NCBI GenBank assembly: GCA_965225945.1
Contig: CBDDBZ010000034.1
Location: 320,001-384,000, forward strand
Length of the DNA: 64,000 nt
Direction: 5' to 3'
DNA from: Alphaproteobacteria bacterium
Lineage (GTDB): Bacteria; Pseudomonadota; Alphaproteobacteria; GCA-2731375
The first letter of the stretch is position 1, and the number at the start of each line of letters is the position of its first letter. The notes below the pieces were generated by a model that was given only the letters and a program-made list of their open reading frames with translations, had not been told where the DNA came from and made no database searches. This document shows positions 51,872 through 62,558 of this stretch, one piece after another. The translations under genes were made by a program, and so were the position numbers.

Positions 51872-54800
51872 ATGCATCTCCTGGCCGCGCAGCCGGGTGG
51901 CGTCGCCGATGGCGGGGAAGCCGTCGACCTCGGCCAGAGTCCAGGAAAAATCGTCATCCTGTCGGCGGCCGACACGGAGCTCGCAGGGCTAGCGGCGGCG
52001 CGCGGCCGCCTCGGCGAGGCCTTTCCGAGCCTACGCCTCGCCAACCTGATGAACCTGACCCACAACCTCTCCGTCGACACCTATGTCGAGGCGGTGATCC
52101 GCCATGCCGGCCTGGTGATCGTGCGCCTCTTGGGCGGCGTCGCCTATTGGCCCTACGGGGTCGAGCGGATCGTCGAGACGGCGCGGGCCGGCGCCATCCC
52201 CCTGGCCCTGCTGCCCGGGGACGACCAGCCCGATCCGGAACTCGACGGCCTCTCCACCCTAGAGCGCGCGGCATGCCATCGCCTCTGGCAGTATGCGGTG
52301 CACGGTGGCCCGGAAAACGCGACCAATCTGCTGGCCCATGCCGCCAGCCTCCTGGGCCACGACGTGGCCTGGCGGGAGCCGACGCCGCTGCTGCCGGCGG
52401 GGGTTCTGGGCCGAGACCTCGAGGGCTTGCGCGCCACCTGGGAAAAGGGGGCGCCGGTAGCGGCCCTGGTGTTCTATCGGGCCCTGATGCAGGCGGGAAA
52501 CCTGGCGCCCGTCGAGGATCTGGCGGCGGCGCTCCGGGCCCGGGGCGTCGAGGTCCTGCCCTATTACGTGCAAAGCCTGAAGGACCCGGTCTCGGCCGAC
52601 CTGCTGGCCCGAACACTTCGCGAGATCCGCCCCGATGTCGTCTTGAACGCCACCGCCTTCGCGGTCTCGACGCCGGGCGGCCCGCGCACCGAGACGCCGT
52701 TCGACGCAGCCGACTGTCCGGTCCTGCAGGTGGTCTTCTCCGGCGGAATGGAGGCCGCCTGGCGCGACGGCACGGCCGGGCTCTCGGCCCGCGACATCGC
52801 CATGAACGTGGCCCTGCCGGAGGTCGACGGCCGGATCTCGAGCCGCGCCGTCAGCTTCAAGGCGGAAGCCCGCTTCGATCCGACGACGGAACTCATCGTG
52901 GTGCGCTACGAGAGCGTGCCCGACCGCATCGCCTTCGTCGCCGATCTCGCCGCCGCCTGGGCGCGGCTCGCCCGCACGCCGGTCGGGGATCGACGGATCG
53001 CAATCGTGCTGGCGAACTATCCCAACCGCGACGGGCGGATCGGCAACGGCGTCGGCCTCGACACGCCGGCGGGCGTGGTCCGGACGTTGCAGGCGATGGC
53101 GGCGATGGGCTACGAGATCGAGGCGGTGCCGAACGACGGCGCGGCCTTGATCGAGCGCTTGCTCGCCGGCCCGACCAACGCCGCCGACGGACGCGCGCGC
53201 GCGAGCCCGGAGATGCTCTCCCTCGCCACCTATGAAATGTTTCTCGCCCAGATGCCGGCAGCGGCGCGCCGTCGGGTGGTGGCGCGCTGGGGGGCGCCGG
53301 AGGCGGACCCCTTCTTCCGTCCGGGCGCGCTCGATCGCGGCGCCTTCGCGCTCCCCGTCCTCCGCCTCGCCAAGGTGGCGATCGCGATCCAGCCGGCGCG
53401 CGGCTACAACATCGATCCGAAATCAAGCTACCACGACCCCGACCTGCCGCCACCGCACGGCTACCTCGCCTTCCACGCCTGGCTCAGGCGCGATTTCGAC
53501 GCCCACGCGGTGGTGCATTTCGGCAAGCACGGAAATCTGGAATGGCTACCGGGGAAGGCGCTCGCGCTCTCCGCCGAGTGCTTCCCGGAAGTGGCGCTCG
53601 GCCCGCTGCCGCACCTCTACCCCTTCATCGTCAACGATCCGGGCGAGGGCGCGCAGGCCAAGCGACGGGCTGCGGCGGTCGTGGTCGATCATCTGACGCC
53701 GCCGCTGACCCGCGCCGAGAGCTACGGCCCGCTGAAGCAACTGGAGGCCCTGGTCGACGAGTATTTCGAGGCCGCCGGCATGGATCCCCGACGGCTGCCG
53801 ATCCTTGCCGAGGAAATCCTCTCGCTGGCCCGGAGCATCGGCCTCGACGTCGACGTCGGCATAGCAGCCGGCGACGACGAGGCCGCCGGTCTCGGCAAGC
53901 TCGACGCCTATCTCTGCGATCTGAAGGAGATGCAGATTCGCGATGGCCTGCACGTCTTCGGCCTCTCGCCCGAGGGCGACCAACTCCGCGATCTGCTGGT
54001 GGCGCTGACCCGCGTGCCGAGGGCCACCGGAGAGGGCGGTGACGCCTCCCTGACCCGGGCGCTCGCGGCCGACCTCGGGCTCGATCGGTTCGATCCCCTC
54101 GAGGTGGATGGCGCCGCGCCATGGACGGGGCCCCGGCCCGCCTGCCTCGCCGACATCGTCGCGGATCCCTGGCGCACCGCCGGCGACACGGTGGAGCGGC
54201 TGGAAGTGTTGGCGGCCGCGCTCGTCGCCGGCGAGGCCGGGGCGCCGGCGGAGGGGCGGGCGACGGCGGCGGTGCTGGCGGAGATCGAGACCCGATTGCG
54301 CCCCGCCGTCGAGGTCTCGGGCGCGGCGGAGATCGAAGGCCTCATGACCGGGCTGGACGGCCGGTTCGTCGCGCCGGGGCCGAGCGGCGCGCCGACCCGG
54401 GGCCGGCCGGAAGTGCTGCCGACGGGGCGAAATTTTTACTCCATCGACACCCGCGCGGTGCCGACGCCGGCCGCCTGGCGGCTCGGCTGGCGCTCGGCCA
54501 CGCTGATCGTCGAGCGACACTTGCAGGAGGAGGGGGACTGGCCCCGGGCGGTGGCGCTCTCCGCCTGGGGCACGGCCAACATGCGCACCGGTGGCGACGA
54601 CATCGCCCAGGCCTTGGCGCTGATCGGCGCGCGGCCACGTTGGGATTCCGCTTCCGGGCGGGTCGCCGGCTTCGAGATCATCCCGCTGGAGATGCTCGAC
54701 CGACCGCGGGTCGACGTGACGCTTCGGGTCTCCGGCTTCTTCCGCGACGCCTTTCCGGCGCAGATCGACCTCTTCGACAGCGCCGTCGCAGCCATCGCGG

Positions 54801-55624
54801 CGCTGGACGAGGTGGCGGAATCCAATCCGCTCGCTGCCCGTGTCCGGGCCGACGTCGTTTGTCTCGAGGCCGCCGGCGTCGCGCCCGACGACGCCCGGCG
54901 CCGCGCCCGTGCCCGCGTCTTCGGTTCTAAGCCCGGGGCCTACGGCGCCGGCTTGCAGGCGCTGATCGACGAACGCGGCTGGCGCGACGAAGCGGACCTC
55001 GCCCGGGCCTATGTCGCCTGGGGCGGCTACGTCTATGGCGGTGGGCGCGCGGGCGAGGCGGAGCACGGCCTGTTCCACGATCGCCTCGCCGCCGTGGAGC
55101 TGGTGCTGCACAACCAGGACAACCGCGAGCACGATCTGCTGGACTCGGACGACTATTACCAATTCGAGGGGGGCCTCGCCGTCGCGGCGCGCGTCGCCTC
55201 CGGCCGCCAACCGGCGATCTACCACAACGACCACTCCCGACCCGAGAGCCCGAAGGTCCGCACGCTGGAGGACGAGGTCGCGCGCGTGGTCCGCGCCCGG
55301 GTGATCAACCCGAAGTGGATCCGCGGCGTGATGCGCCACGGCTACAAGGGCGCCTTCGAGATGGCGGCGACGGTCGATTATCTGTTCGCCTTCCAGGCCA
55401 CCGCGGGCGTGGTCCGGGACCATCATTTCGATCTCGTCTACGATGCCTATCTGGGCGACGACCGAGTCCGCGCGTTCCTCGACGAGAACAATCCGGGCGC
55501 GCGGTGCGAGATCGCCGAGCGGCTGCTGGAAGCGGTGACGCGCGAGCTCTGGCGGCCCCGGCGCAACACCACTCGCGCCGCGCTGGAGGCGCTGGCGGGG
55601 GAGCAGCGGGGAGAGACGGTATGA
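51872..55624 (+). CDS. cobN: Cobaltochelatase subunit CobN
   Basis: MHLLAAQPG, HFGKHGNLEWLPGK, LPTGRNFY, SGFFRDAF, NPKWI.G...HGYKGA. Confidence 0.97.
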   Translation: MHLLAAQPGGVADGGEAVDLGQSPGKIVILSAADTELAGLAAARGRLGEAFPSLRLANLMNLTHNLSVDTYVEAVIRHAGLVIVRLLGGVAYWPYGVERIVETARAGAIPLALLPGDDQPDPELDGLSTLERAACHRLWQYAVHGGPENATNLLAHAASLLGHDVAWREPTPLLPAGVLGRDLEGLRATWEKGAPVAALVFYRALMQAGNLAPVEDLAAALRARGVEVLPYYVQSLKDPVSADLLARTLREIRPDVVLNATAFAVSTPGGPRTETPFDAADCPVLQVVFSGGMEAAWRDGTAGLSARDIAMNVALPEVDGRISSRAVSFKAEARFDPTTELIVVRYESVPDRIAFVADLAAAWARLARTPVGDRRIAIVLANYPNRDGRIGNGVGLDTPAGVVRTLQAMAAMGYEIEAVPNDGAALIERLLAGPTNAADGRARASPEMLSLATYEMFLAQMPAAARRRVVARWGAPEADPFFRPGALDRGAFALPVLRLAKVAIAIQPARGYNIDPKSSYHDPDLPPPHGYLAFHAWLRRDFDAHAVVHFGKHGNLEWLPGKALALSAECFPEVALGPLPHLYPFIVNDPGEGAQAKRRAAAVVVDHLTPPLTRAESYGPLKQLEALVDEYFEAAGMDPRRLPILAEEILSLARSIGLDVDVGIAAGDDEAAGLGKLDAYLCDLKEMQIRDGLHVFGLSPEGDQLRDLLVALTRVPRATGEGGDASLTRALAADLGLDRFDPLEVDGAAPWTGPRPACLADIVADPWRTAGDTVERLEVLAAALVAGEAGAPAEGRATAAVLAEIETRLRPAVEVSGAAEIEGLMTGLDGRFVAPGPSGAPTRGRPEVLPTGRNFYSIDTRAVPTPAAWRLGWRSATLIVERHLQEEGDWPRAVALSAWGTANMRTGGDDIAQALALIGARPRWDSASGRVAGFEIIPLEMLDRPRVDVTLRVSGFFRDAFPAQIDLFDSAVAAIAALDEVAESNPLAARVRADVVCLEAAGVAPDDARRRARARVFGSKPGAYGAGLQALIDERGWRDEADLARAYVAWGGYVYGGGRAGEAEHGLFHDRLAAVELVLHNQDNREHDLLDSDDYYQFEGGLAVAARVASGRQPAIYHNDHSRPESPKVRTLEDEVARVVRARVINPKWIRGVMRHGYKGAFEMAATVDYLFAFQATAGVVRDHHFDLVYDAYLGDDRVRAFLDENNPGARCEIAERLLEAVTRELWRPRRNTTRAALEALAGEQRGETV

Positions 55625-56271
55625 CCACTTCCGAGAAAAGCGATCTGGCCGAGGAGAGCGCTCTCGATCGGCGCCACGCCGAGAAGATGCGCAACAAGAA
55701 GGCGGCACGGGACAAGATCCTGGCGACCAAGACGATCGAGAAGGGGCTGCTGATCGTCCACACCGGAAAGGGCAAGGGCAAGTCGACGGCGGCCTTCGGC
55801 CTGGTGATGCGCGCGCTCGGTCACGACATGGGCGTCGGCATCGTGCAGTTCGTCAAGGGCAAGTGGGAGACCGGCGAGCGCCGGGTGTTGGAGCAATTCG
55901 GCGAACTGGTGACCATCCGCACCATGGGCAAGGGCTTCACCTGGGATACCCAGGATCGCCAGCGCGACATCGCCGCCGCCCAGGCCGCCTGGGAGACGGC
56001 GAAGGAGATGATCGAGGCCAGCCGCGGCCCCGAGCGTGCGCATCGGCTGGTCCTGCTCGACGAGCTCAACATCGTGCTGCGTTACAATTATCTCGACATC
56101 GCCGAGGTGGTGGCGGTGCTGGCGGCCAGACCGGACGACCTCCACGTCGTCGTCACCGGTCGCAACGCCAAGGCCGAGCTGATCGAGATCGCCGACCTGG
56201 TGACCGAGATGACTATGGTCAAGCATCCCTTCCGCGCCGGCGTGAAGGCGCAGGTGGGCATCGAGTTCTGA
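55621..56271 (+). CDS. cobO: Cob(I)yrinic acid a,c-diamide adenosyltransferase
   Basis: [39 protein letters not shown]. Confidence 0.96.
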   Translation: MTTSEKSDLAEESALDRRHAEKMRNKKAARDKILATKTIEKGLLIVHTGKGKGKSTAAFGLVMRALGHDMGVGIVQFVKGKWETGERRVLEQFGELVTIRTMGKGFTWDTQDRQRDIAAAQAAWETAKEMIEASRGPERAHRLVLLDELNIVLRYNYLDIAEVVAVLAARPDDLHVVVTGRNAKAELIEIADLVTEMTMVKHPFRAGVKAQVGIEF

Positions 56272-56284
56272 GGGGGCGCGGGCG

Positions 56285-57766
56285 ATGGCGCGGGCGAAGG
56301 GGCGGGCGATCATGTTGCAGGGCACCGGCTCCGATGTCGGCAAGTCGCTGCTCGTCGCCGGCCTCGCCCGGGCCTACCGGGCGCGCGGGCTCGCCGTACG
56401 TCCGTTCAAGCCGCAGAACATGTCGAACAACGCCGCCGTCACGATCGACGGCGGCGAGATCGGCCGGGCCCAGGCTTTGCAGGCCCGCGCCGCCGGCGTC
56501 GAGCCCACCCTCGACATGAACCCGGTGCTGCTGAAACCACAGAGCGAGATCGGCGCCCAGGTGGTGTTGCGCGGCCGAATCCTGTGCAACGCCGATGCCC
56601 GCGCCTATCAGGAGCTAAAACCGACCTTGCTGGCGGAGATCGTGGCGAGCTTCCGGCGGCTGGCCGAGGGTGCCGACTTGATCCTGGTGGAAGGCGCCGG
56701 CAGCCCGGCCGAAATCAATTTGCGGCAAGGCGACATCGCCAACATGGGCTTCGCCGAGGCGGCAAACCTGCCGGTGGTTCTGATCGGCGACATCGATCGC
56801 GGCGGCGTCATCGCCCAGCTCGTCGGCACCGACGCGGTGCTTGCGCCTGCGGATCGGGCGCGGATCGTCGGCTTTTTGGTCAACAAGTTCCGGGGCGATC
56901 CGAGCCTCTTCGCCGCGGGGCTGGACGAGGTGGCGCGGCGCACCGGCTGGCATGCCCTCGGCCTGATTCCATGGTTCCACGAGGCCTGGCGGCTGCCGGC
57001 GGAGGACGCGATGGCGCTGGATTCGGCGTCCTGGCGCCGGCCCGGCGACGGCGTGGTTCGGATCGCGGTACCGCGGCTGCCGGGGATCTCCAACTTCGAC
57101 GACCTCGATCCGCTGCGCGCCGAACCCGAGGTGGCGCTCGACCTCGTGACGCCGGGCCGCGCGCTTCCGGGGGACGCCGACCTCGTGCTGCTGGCGGGCT
57201 CGAAGACGACGCTCGGCGACCTGGCGTTCCTCCGTGAGCAGGGCTGGGACATTGACATCCAGGCGCATCGCCGGCGCGGCGGCGCCATTCTCGGAATTTG
57301 CGGCGGCTTCCAGATGCTGGGCGAGCGAATCACCGATTCAGTTGGCCTCGAGGGCGCGGCGGGCGAGGCGGCGGGACTTGGGCTTTTGGCGCTACGCACG
57401 GTGCTCGGCGGCGCCAAGCGCCTCGCGCCCGCGGCGGGCACGGCCGTCGAGACCGGCGCCGAAGTCTCCGGCTACCTGATGCACGTCGGACGTAGCGAGG
57501 GGGCGGACCTCGGGCGGCCGATGCTGCGCCTCGGCGGCCGCCCCGACGGCGCGGTCTCGCCCGACGGGCGGGTGATGGGCTGCTATTTGCACGGCCTGTT
57601 CGCCGCCGACGGCTTCCGTCGCGACTTCCTGTCGGCGCTCGGCGCCCGCGCGCCCGGCCGCTTCAGCTACGACGCGGCGGTGGACGCGAGCCTGGATAAG
57701 CTCGCGGCGCACCTGGCCGAGGCGGTGGATCTCGACGCGCTGCTCGACCTCGCGGTTCAGCGGTAG
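56285..57766 (+). CDS. cobQ: Cobyric acid synthase
   Basis: [46 protein letters not shown]. Confidence 0.96.
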   Translation: MARAKGRAIMLQGTGSDVGKSLLVAGLARAYRARGLAVRPFKPQNMSNNAAVTIDGGEIGRAQALQARAAGVEPTLDMNPVLLKPQSEIGAQVVLRGRILCNADARAYQELKPTLLAEIVASFRRLAEGADLILVEGAGSPAEINLRQGDIANMGFAEAANLPVVLIGDIDRGGVIAQLVGTDAVLAPADRARIVGFLVNKFRGDPSLFAAGLDEVARRTGWHALGLIPWFHEAWRLPAEDAMALDSASWRRPGDGVVRIAVPRLPGISNFDDLDPLRAEPEVALDLVTPGRALPGDADLVLLAGSKTTLGDLAFLREQGWDIDIQAHRRRGGAILGICGGFQMLGERITDSVGLEGAAGEAAGLGLLALRTVLGGAKRLAPAAGTAVETGAEVSGYLMHVGRSEGADLGRPMLRLGGRPDGAVSPDGRVMGCYLHGLFAADGFRRDFLSALGARAPGRFSYDAAVDASLDKLAAHLAEAVDLDALLDLAVQR

Positions 57767-58743
57767 AGCCAGATGAAGAGAATGGTGATGGTGAAGAGGA
57801 GGCCCCAAGCGTGGAGATAGAGCCGCAACGCGCGGCGGATGTCCTCGGCCGTGGCCGCCTTGCGGCCGTCGCCCATCCAGGGGTCGTCGGAGACGACGCC
57901 GCCATAGCTCCGGGGGCCGTTGAGCGCGAGGTCGAGGGCACCGGCCATCGCCGCCTCCGGCCAGCCGGCGTTGGGCGATTGGTGCCCGGATGCATCGCGG
58001 CGCATCGCCTGGTTGGCGCCACGCCAGCTCGCCTCGGGGACCAGCAACGCGGGCAGCGCCAGCAGGCCGCCGGTGATTCGCGCCGGAATGTAGCTCAGAA
58101 AATCGTCCAGCTTGGCGGCGGCGCGGCCGAACTCGCGGTGTCGCTCGCTTTTGTGGCCGATCATGCTGTCGGCGGTGTTGACGGCCTTGTAGACGAGCAT
58201 GCCCGGCAGGCCGAACAGCATGTACCAGAACCAGGGCGCGACGACGGCGTCGGAGAAATTCTCCGCCAGCGATTCGATGGCGCCCCGCGCGACGCCCGCG
58301 GAATCGAGCGTTTCCGGGTCACGGCCGAGCAGATGGCGCACCGCCTCGCGACCCCCTTCGAGGCCTCCCGTCTCCAGCCCCCGGGCGACCTTGGCGACAT
58401 GGTCGTACAAGTCGCGTCCCGCCAGCAGCACGGCGACGACCACGGCTTCCAGCAGCAGCGAGAAGGGCGTCTGGACGAAGGCCCAGGTCAAGAAGACGCC
58501 GATCCCGGCGTGCAGCGGCACGATCGCGATCATGACCACGAGACCTCGCCGCCGCCGGCTTTCGGGCGAGCGGGTCTCGTCGTTGAGGCGCACGTCCAGG
58601 GCACCGATCAGCCGTCCCATCGCCGCCACGGGATGGCCGATCACGCGGTAGACGGCGGACGGCTCGCCGATCAGCGCGTCGAGCACCAGACCCAGCGCCA
58701 GTATGGCGAAGGGGTCGATATATATGTCGATCATCGGAAACAT
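57757..58743 (-). CDS. cobD: Adenosylcobinamide-phosphate synthase (CobD/CbiB)
   Basis: HPV...[41 protein letters not shown]. Confidence 0.94.
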   Translation of the reverse strand: MFPMIDIYIDPFAILALGLVLDALIGEPSAVYRVIGHPVAAMGRLIGALDVRLNDETRSPESRRRRGLVVMIAIVPLHAGIGVFLTWAFVQTPFSLLLEAVVVAVLLAGRDLYDHVAKVARGLETGGLEGGREAVRHLLGRDPETLDSAGVARGAIESLAENFSDAVVAPWFWYMLFGLPGMLVYKAVNTADSMIGHKSERHREFGRAAAKLDDFLSYIPARITGGLLALPALLVPEASWRGANQAMRRDASGHQSPNAGWPEAAMAGALDLALNGPRSYGGVVSDDPWMGDGRKAATAEDIRRALRLYLHAWGLLFTITILFIWLYR

Positions 58744-58811
58744 CGGCCGAACTTGCGCCGGACCGAGAGGACCGTCAACGCGGTCCGGCAGAGTCGAGGG
58801 AGGAAGCCGGA

Positions 58812-59795
58812 ATGGGCAAACTGGGCGTAATGGTCTGCGGCCATGGCAGTCGCGACGCCGACGCGATTCGAGAGTTCGAAGCGGTGGCGGCCGGCATCGC
58901 TGAGCGCTTGCCGCAATACGACGTCGATTCCGGCTTCCTCGAATTCGCGACCCCGCTCATCCGCGAGGGGCTGGACGCGCTCAGGGCGCGCGGCGTCGAC
59001 GACATCCTGGCGGTGCCGGGGATGCTGTTCGCCGCCGGCCACGCCAAGAACGACATCCCCTCGGTGCTGAACAGCTATCAGGCGCAACACGATTCCCTGC
59101 GTATCCGCTACGCCCGCGAGCTGGGTATCGACCCGAAGCTGCTACGCGCCTCGGCCGACCGGATCGAGGCGGCGGTGCGAAACGCCGAGGGAGAGGTTCC
59201 GGCGCACGAGACGCTGCTGGTGGTGGTCGGCCGGGGCGCTTCCGATCCCGACGCCAACTCCAACGTCGCCAAGGTGACCCGAATGCTCTGGGAGGGCTTC
59301 GGCTTCGGCTGGGCGGAGACGGCCTATTCCGGCGTCACCTTTCCGCTGGTCGGCCCGGCGCTGGAGCACGCCGCCAAGCTCGGCTACCGGCGGATCGTCG
59401 TCCATCCCTATTTCCTCTTCACCGGGGTGCTGGTGAAACGGATTTACACCCACACCGACCGGGCGGCGGCGAGGCACCCGGAGATCCAGTTCGTCAAGGC
59501 GCCCTACCTCAACGACCATCCCCTGGTGCTCGACGCCTTCGCCGATCGGGTGGGCGAAATTCTCGACGGCAAAAACGTGATGAACTGCCAGCTTTGCAAG
59601 TACCGCGCCCAGGTGCTCGGCTTCGAGGCCGAGGTCGGCCTGGCGCAGGAGAGCCATCACCATCACGTCGAGGGCTTGCTGGCGCGCGAGGACGAGGACG
59701 AGCACGGCCACCATCATCACCATCGGGGCCACCACCCCTACCCGCACCGCGACCATCCGCTCGGCCCGGTGAGCTTGAAGGACGAGGAGGACTGA
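58812..59795 (+). CDS. cbiX: CbiX-type sirohydrochlorin chelatase with Cys motif and His-rich tail
   Basis: GHGSRD, AGHAKNDIP, GRGASDPDAN, MNCQLCKYR, HHHH. Confidence 0.9.
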   Translation: MGKLGVMVCGHGSRDADAIREFEAVAAGIAERLPQYDVDSGFLEFATPLIREGLDALRARGVDDILAVPGMLFAAGHAKNDIPSVLNSYQAQHDSLRIRYARELGIDPKLLRASADRIEAAVRNAEGEVPAHETLLVVVGRGASDPDANSNVAKVTRMLWEGFGFGWAETAYSGVTFPLVGPALEHAAKLGYRRIVVHPYFLFTGVLVKRIYTHTDRAAARHPEIQFVKAPYLNDHPLVLDAFADRVGEILDGKNVMNCQLCKYRAQVLGFEAEVGLAQESHHHHVEGLLAREDEDEHGHHHHHRGHHPYPHRDHPLGPVSLKDEED

Positions 59796-59802
59796 GCGGG
59801 GA

Positions 59803-61356
59803 ATGGCGATCTTCGATGCCTATCTCGTCGTCGACTGGAGTGCCGCGGCCCGGCCCCGCCAGGGCGCGGACAGCATCTGGTACGGCCTCTACGAGCGCGG
59901 CCGGCGCGGCCTCCGGGCCTGCGCGCTCGCCAACCCCTCGACCCGGTCCGAGGCCTTGGAACGGCTGGCCGAGATCCTGGCCCGGCTCGCGACGCGGGGG
60001 CGGCGCACCCTCGCGGGCTTCGATTTCCCGAACGCCTATCCGGCCGGTTTCGCGCGCCGCGCCGGCTTCCCGGGCACGCCGTGGCGCGCGGTCTGGGACG
60101 GGATCGCCGAGCTGGTCGAGGACCGGCCCGACAACGCCAACAACCGTTTCGAGGTCGCGGCCGGGCTCAACGAGCGGATATCCGGCGCCGATTTTCCTTT
60201 TTGGGGCTGTCCGGCGGGGCGCGCCGGACCCCGCCTCTCCGCCCGCAAGGTCGACCGCCACGCGGCGGAGGGGTTGGCCGAGCGGCGCCTGGCGGAGGCC
60301 TGGGTGCCCAGGGCGCAGCCCTGCTGGAAACTCGCCTACACTGGCTCGGTAGGCAGCCAGGCGTTGCTCGGCATCCCGGTGCAGCGGGCGCTCAGGGACG
60401 ATTCCCGGCTCCGCGACCAGACCCTCGTCTGGCCGTTCGAGACCGGCCTCCGGCCGCCGCCCGAAGGTGATTGGCGGGTCGTGTTGGCCGAGGTCTACCC
60501 CTCGCTGGCGCCCATCGCGCTCGGCCACGGCCCGGTGAAGGACGCCCGCCAGGTGACTGCGACCTGCCGCCTGTTGGCGCGGCGCGACGAGGCGGGCCAG
60601 CTCGCGGTCGATCTCGCCGGCCCGCCCGAGCTCGATTCCCGCGCCCGAAAGATCGTCGAGCGGGAGGAGGGCTGGCTGCTCGGCGCCGGCACCTTCCCGG
60701 CGACGCGGCGCGCCGGCGGCGAGGCCTACCTCGCCGAGCCGGCGGCGATCCAGGCCCAGTCCTTCGCCCGGGTGCGCGAGGCGGCGCGGCTGGAGGCGCC
60801 GACGGCGGGATTGGACCGGATCGCCGAGCGGGTAGTGCACGCGACGGCGATGCCGGAACTGGCGGACCGCCTGGTGGGAAGCGACGATTTCGTCCAGGCG
60901 GCGATTCGCGCGCTGGGCGCGGGCGCGCCGATCTTGGTCGACTGCGAGATGCTGGCGCGCGGCATCACCGCGCGGCGCCTGCCCTCGGGATGCGAAGTGC
61001 ATTGCAGCCTGAACGATCCCCGGGTGCCGGGCCTCGCGCGGCGCCGGGCGACGACCCGGTCCGCCGCCGCGCTCGAACTCTGGCGCGCTCGCCTGGAAGG
61101 TGGCGTGGTGGCGATCGGCAACGCGCCGACGGCGCTCTTTCACTTACTGGCGATGCTGCGCGCGGGCGCGCCACGGCCCGCCGCGATCGTCGCTCTGCCG
61201 GTCGGCTTCGTCGGCGCGGCCGAGGCCAAGGCCGCGTTGATGGCGGAGAGCCACGGCGTCCCCTATCTGACGCTTCCCGGCCGGCTCGGCGGCAGTGCCA
61301 TGGCGGCGGCAGCGGTCAACGCCCTCCTGGGCCTCGCCGGGGAGGGAATCGAATGA
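59803..61356 (+). CDS. cobH: DUF429-like (RNase H-fold) domain fused to precorrin-8X methylmutase CobH
   Basis: N-terminal VDWS, GFDFP, WPFE, AEVYP; C-terminal R..HA, TRSAAA, GNAPTALF, PVGFVGAAE.K, GGSAMAAAAVNA. Confidence 0.85.
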   Translation: MAIFDAYLVVDWSAAARPRQGADSIWYGLYERGRRGLRACALANPSTRSEALERLAEILARLATRGRRTLAGFDFPNAYPAGFARRAGFPGTPWRAVWDGIAELVEDRPDNANNRFEVAAGLNERISGADFPFWGCPAGRAGPRLSARKVDRHAAEGLAERRLAEAWVPRAQPCWKLAYTGSVGSQALLGIPVQRALRDDSRLRDQTLVWPFETGLRPPPEGDWRVVLAEVYPSLAPIALGHGPVKDARQVTATCRLLARRDEAGQLAVDLAGPPELDSRARKIVEREEGWLLGAGTFPATRRAGGEAYLAEPAAIQAQSFARVREAARLEAPTAGLDRIAERVVHATAMPELADRLVGSDDFVQAAIRALGAGAPILVDCEMLARGITARRLPSGCEVHCSLNDPRVPGLARRRATTRSAAALELWRARLEGGVVAIGNAPTALFHLLAMLRAGAPRPAAIVALPVGFVGAAEAKAALMAESHGVPYLTLPGRLGGSAMAAAAVNALLGLAGEGIE

Positions 61357-62558
61357 GCGCCTGGCTCAGCGTGATCGGAATCGGCGAGGATGGTCTCGCC
61401 GGCCTCGGCGCCGCACCCCGGAGCCTGATCGAGGCGGCCGAGGTGCTGGTCGGCGGCAAGCGGCACCACGCCCTGCTGCCCGATCATACGGCGGAGCGGC
61501 TGGGCTGGCGGTTTCCGCTCGAACCCTTGATGGCGGAGCTGGAGGCCCGGCGCGGCAAGCGCGTGGTCGTGCTGGCGAGCGGAGATCCCTTCTGTTACGG
61601 CATCGCCGCGACGCTCGCGCGCCACCTGCCGCTGGCTGAGATGCGGGTGCTGCCGGCGCCGTCGGCCTTCGCGCTGGCCCGCGCCCGGCTCGGCTGGCCG
61701 GCCCACACGGTCCAATGCCTGACGCTGCACGGCCGGCCGCTCGAGATCGTCGCCGGTTGGCTGCTGGCGGGCCAGCGGTTGCTGCTGTTGAGCCACGACG
61801 GGGCGACGCCCGCCAAGCTCGCGGCCTTGCTCGCCGCGCACGGCTTCGGGCCCTCGCGGATGGTCGTGCTGGAGCACATGGGGGGCGAGAAGGAGCGAAT
61901 CGTCGAGACCACGGCGGGCGAATGGGGCGAAGCCGGCGCGGCCGACCTCAACACCATCGCGCTTCTATGCCGGTCCGAGCCGGGCGTGCCCTCGCGCCCC
62001 CGCGTGCCCGGACTTCCCGACGAGGCGTTCCGTCACGATGGCCTGATCACCAAGCGGGAAGTGCGCGCCGCGAGCCTCGCGGCGCTCGGCCCGCTCCCCG
62101 GCGCGCGGCTCATCGACGTCGGCGCCGGCGCCGGCTCCATCGCCATCGAGTGGCTCAGGGCAGCCGCCAACGCAAGCGCCGTGGCGATCGAGCGCGATGC
62201 CGCCCGCGCCGCCACCATCGCGGAAAACGCGGCCGCGCTCGGCGTCCCGAACCTCGATATCGTCACCGGCGAGGCACCGGCAGCGCTCAGCCATCTCGGA
62301 CCGGCCGACGCGGTCTTCCTCGGCGGTGGCCTGACCGCCCCTGGCATGATCGAGGCCTGTCTCGCGCCCCTGGTCTCGGGCGGGCGGCTGGTCGCCAATG
62401 CCGTCACCGTGGAGGGCGAGGTGGTGCTGCTCGACGCCTGGCGCGCGCATGGCGGCGAGCTCAGGCGGCTGGCGATCAGCCGGGCCGAGGCGCTCGCCGG
62501 CGTCACCGCCTGGCGGGCCCTGGCGCCCGTCACCCAATGGGCGATGGTGGTGCCGTGA
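61353..62558 (+). CDS. cobL: Precorrin-6Y C5,15-methyltransferase (CbiE/CbiT)
   Basis: IGIGEDG, LASGDP, DGLITKREVRA, DVGAGAGSIAIEW. Confidence 0.95.
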   Translation: MSAWLSVIGIGEDGLAGLGAAPRSLIEAAEVLVGGKRHHALLPDHTAERLGWRFPLEPLMAELEARRGKRVVVLASGDPFCYGIAATLARHLPLAEMRVLPAPSAFALARARLGWPAHTVQCLTLHGRPLEIVAGWLLAGQRLLLLSHDGATPAKLAALLAAHGFGPSRMVVLEHMGGEKERIVETTAGEWGEAGAADLNTIALLCRSEPGVPSRPRVPGLPDEAFRHDGLITKREVRAASLAALGPLPGARLIDVGAGAGSIAIEWLRAAANASAVAIERDAARAATIAENAAALGVPNLDIVTGEAPAALSHLGPADAVFLGGGLTAPGMIEACLAPLVSGGRLVANAVTVEGEVVLLDAWRAHGGELRRLAISRAEALAGVTAWRALAPVTQWAMVVP

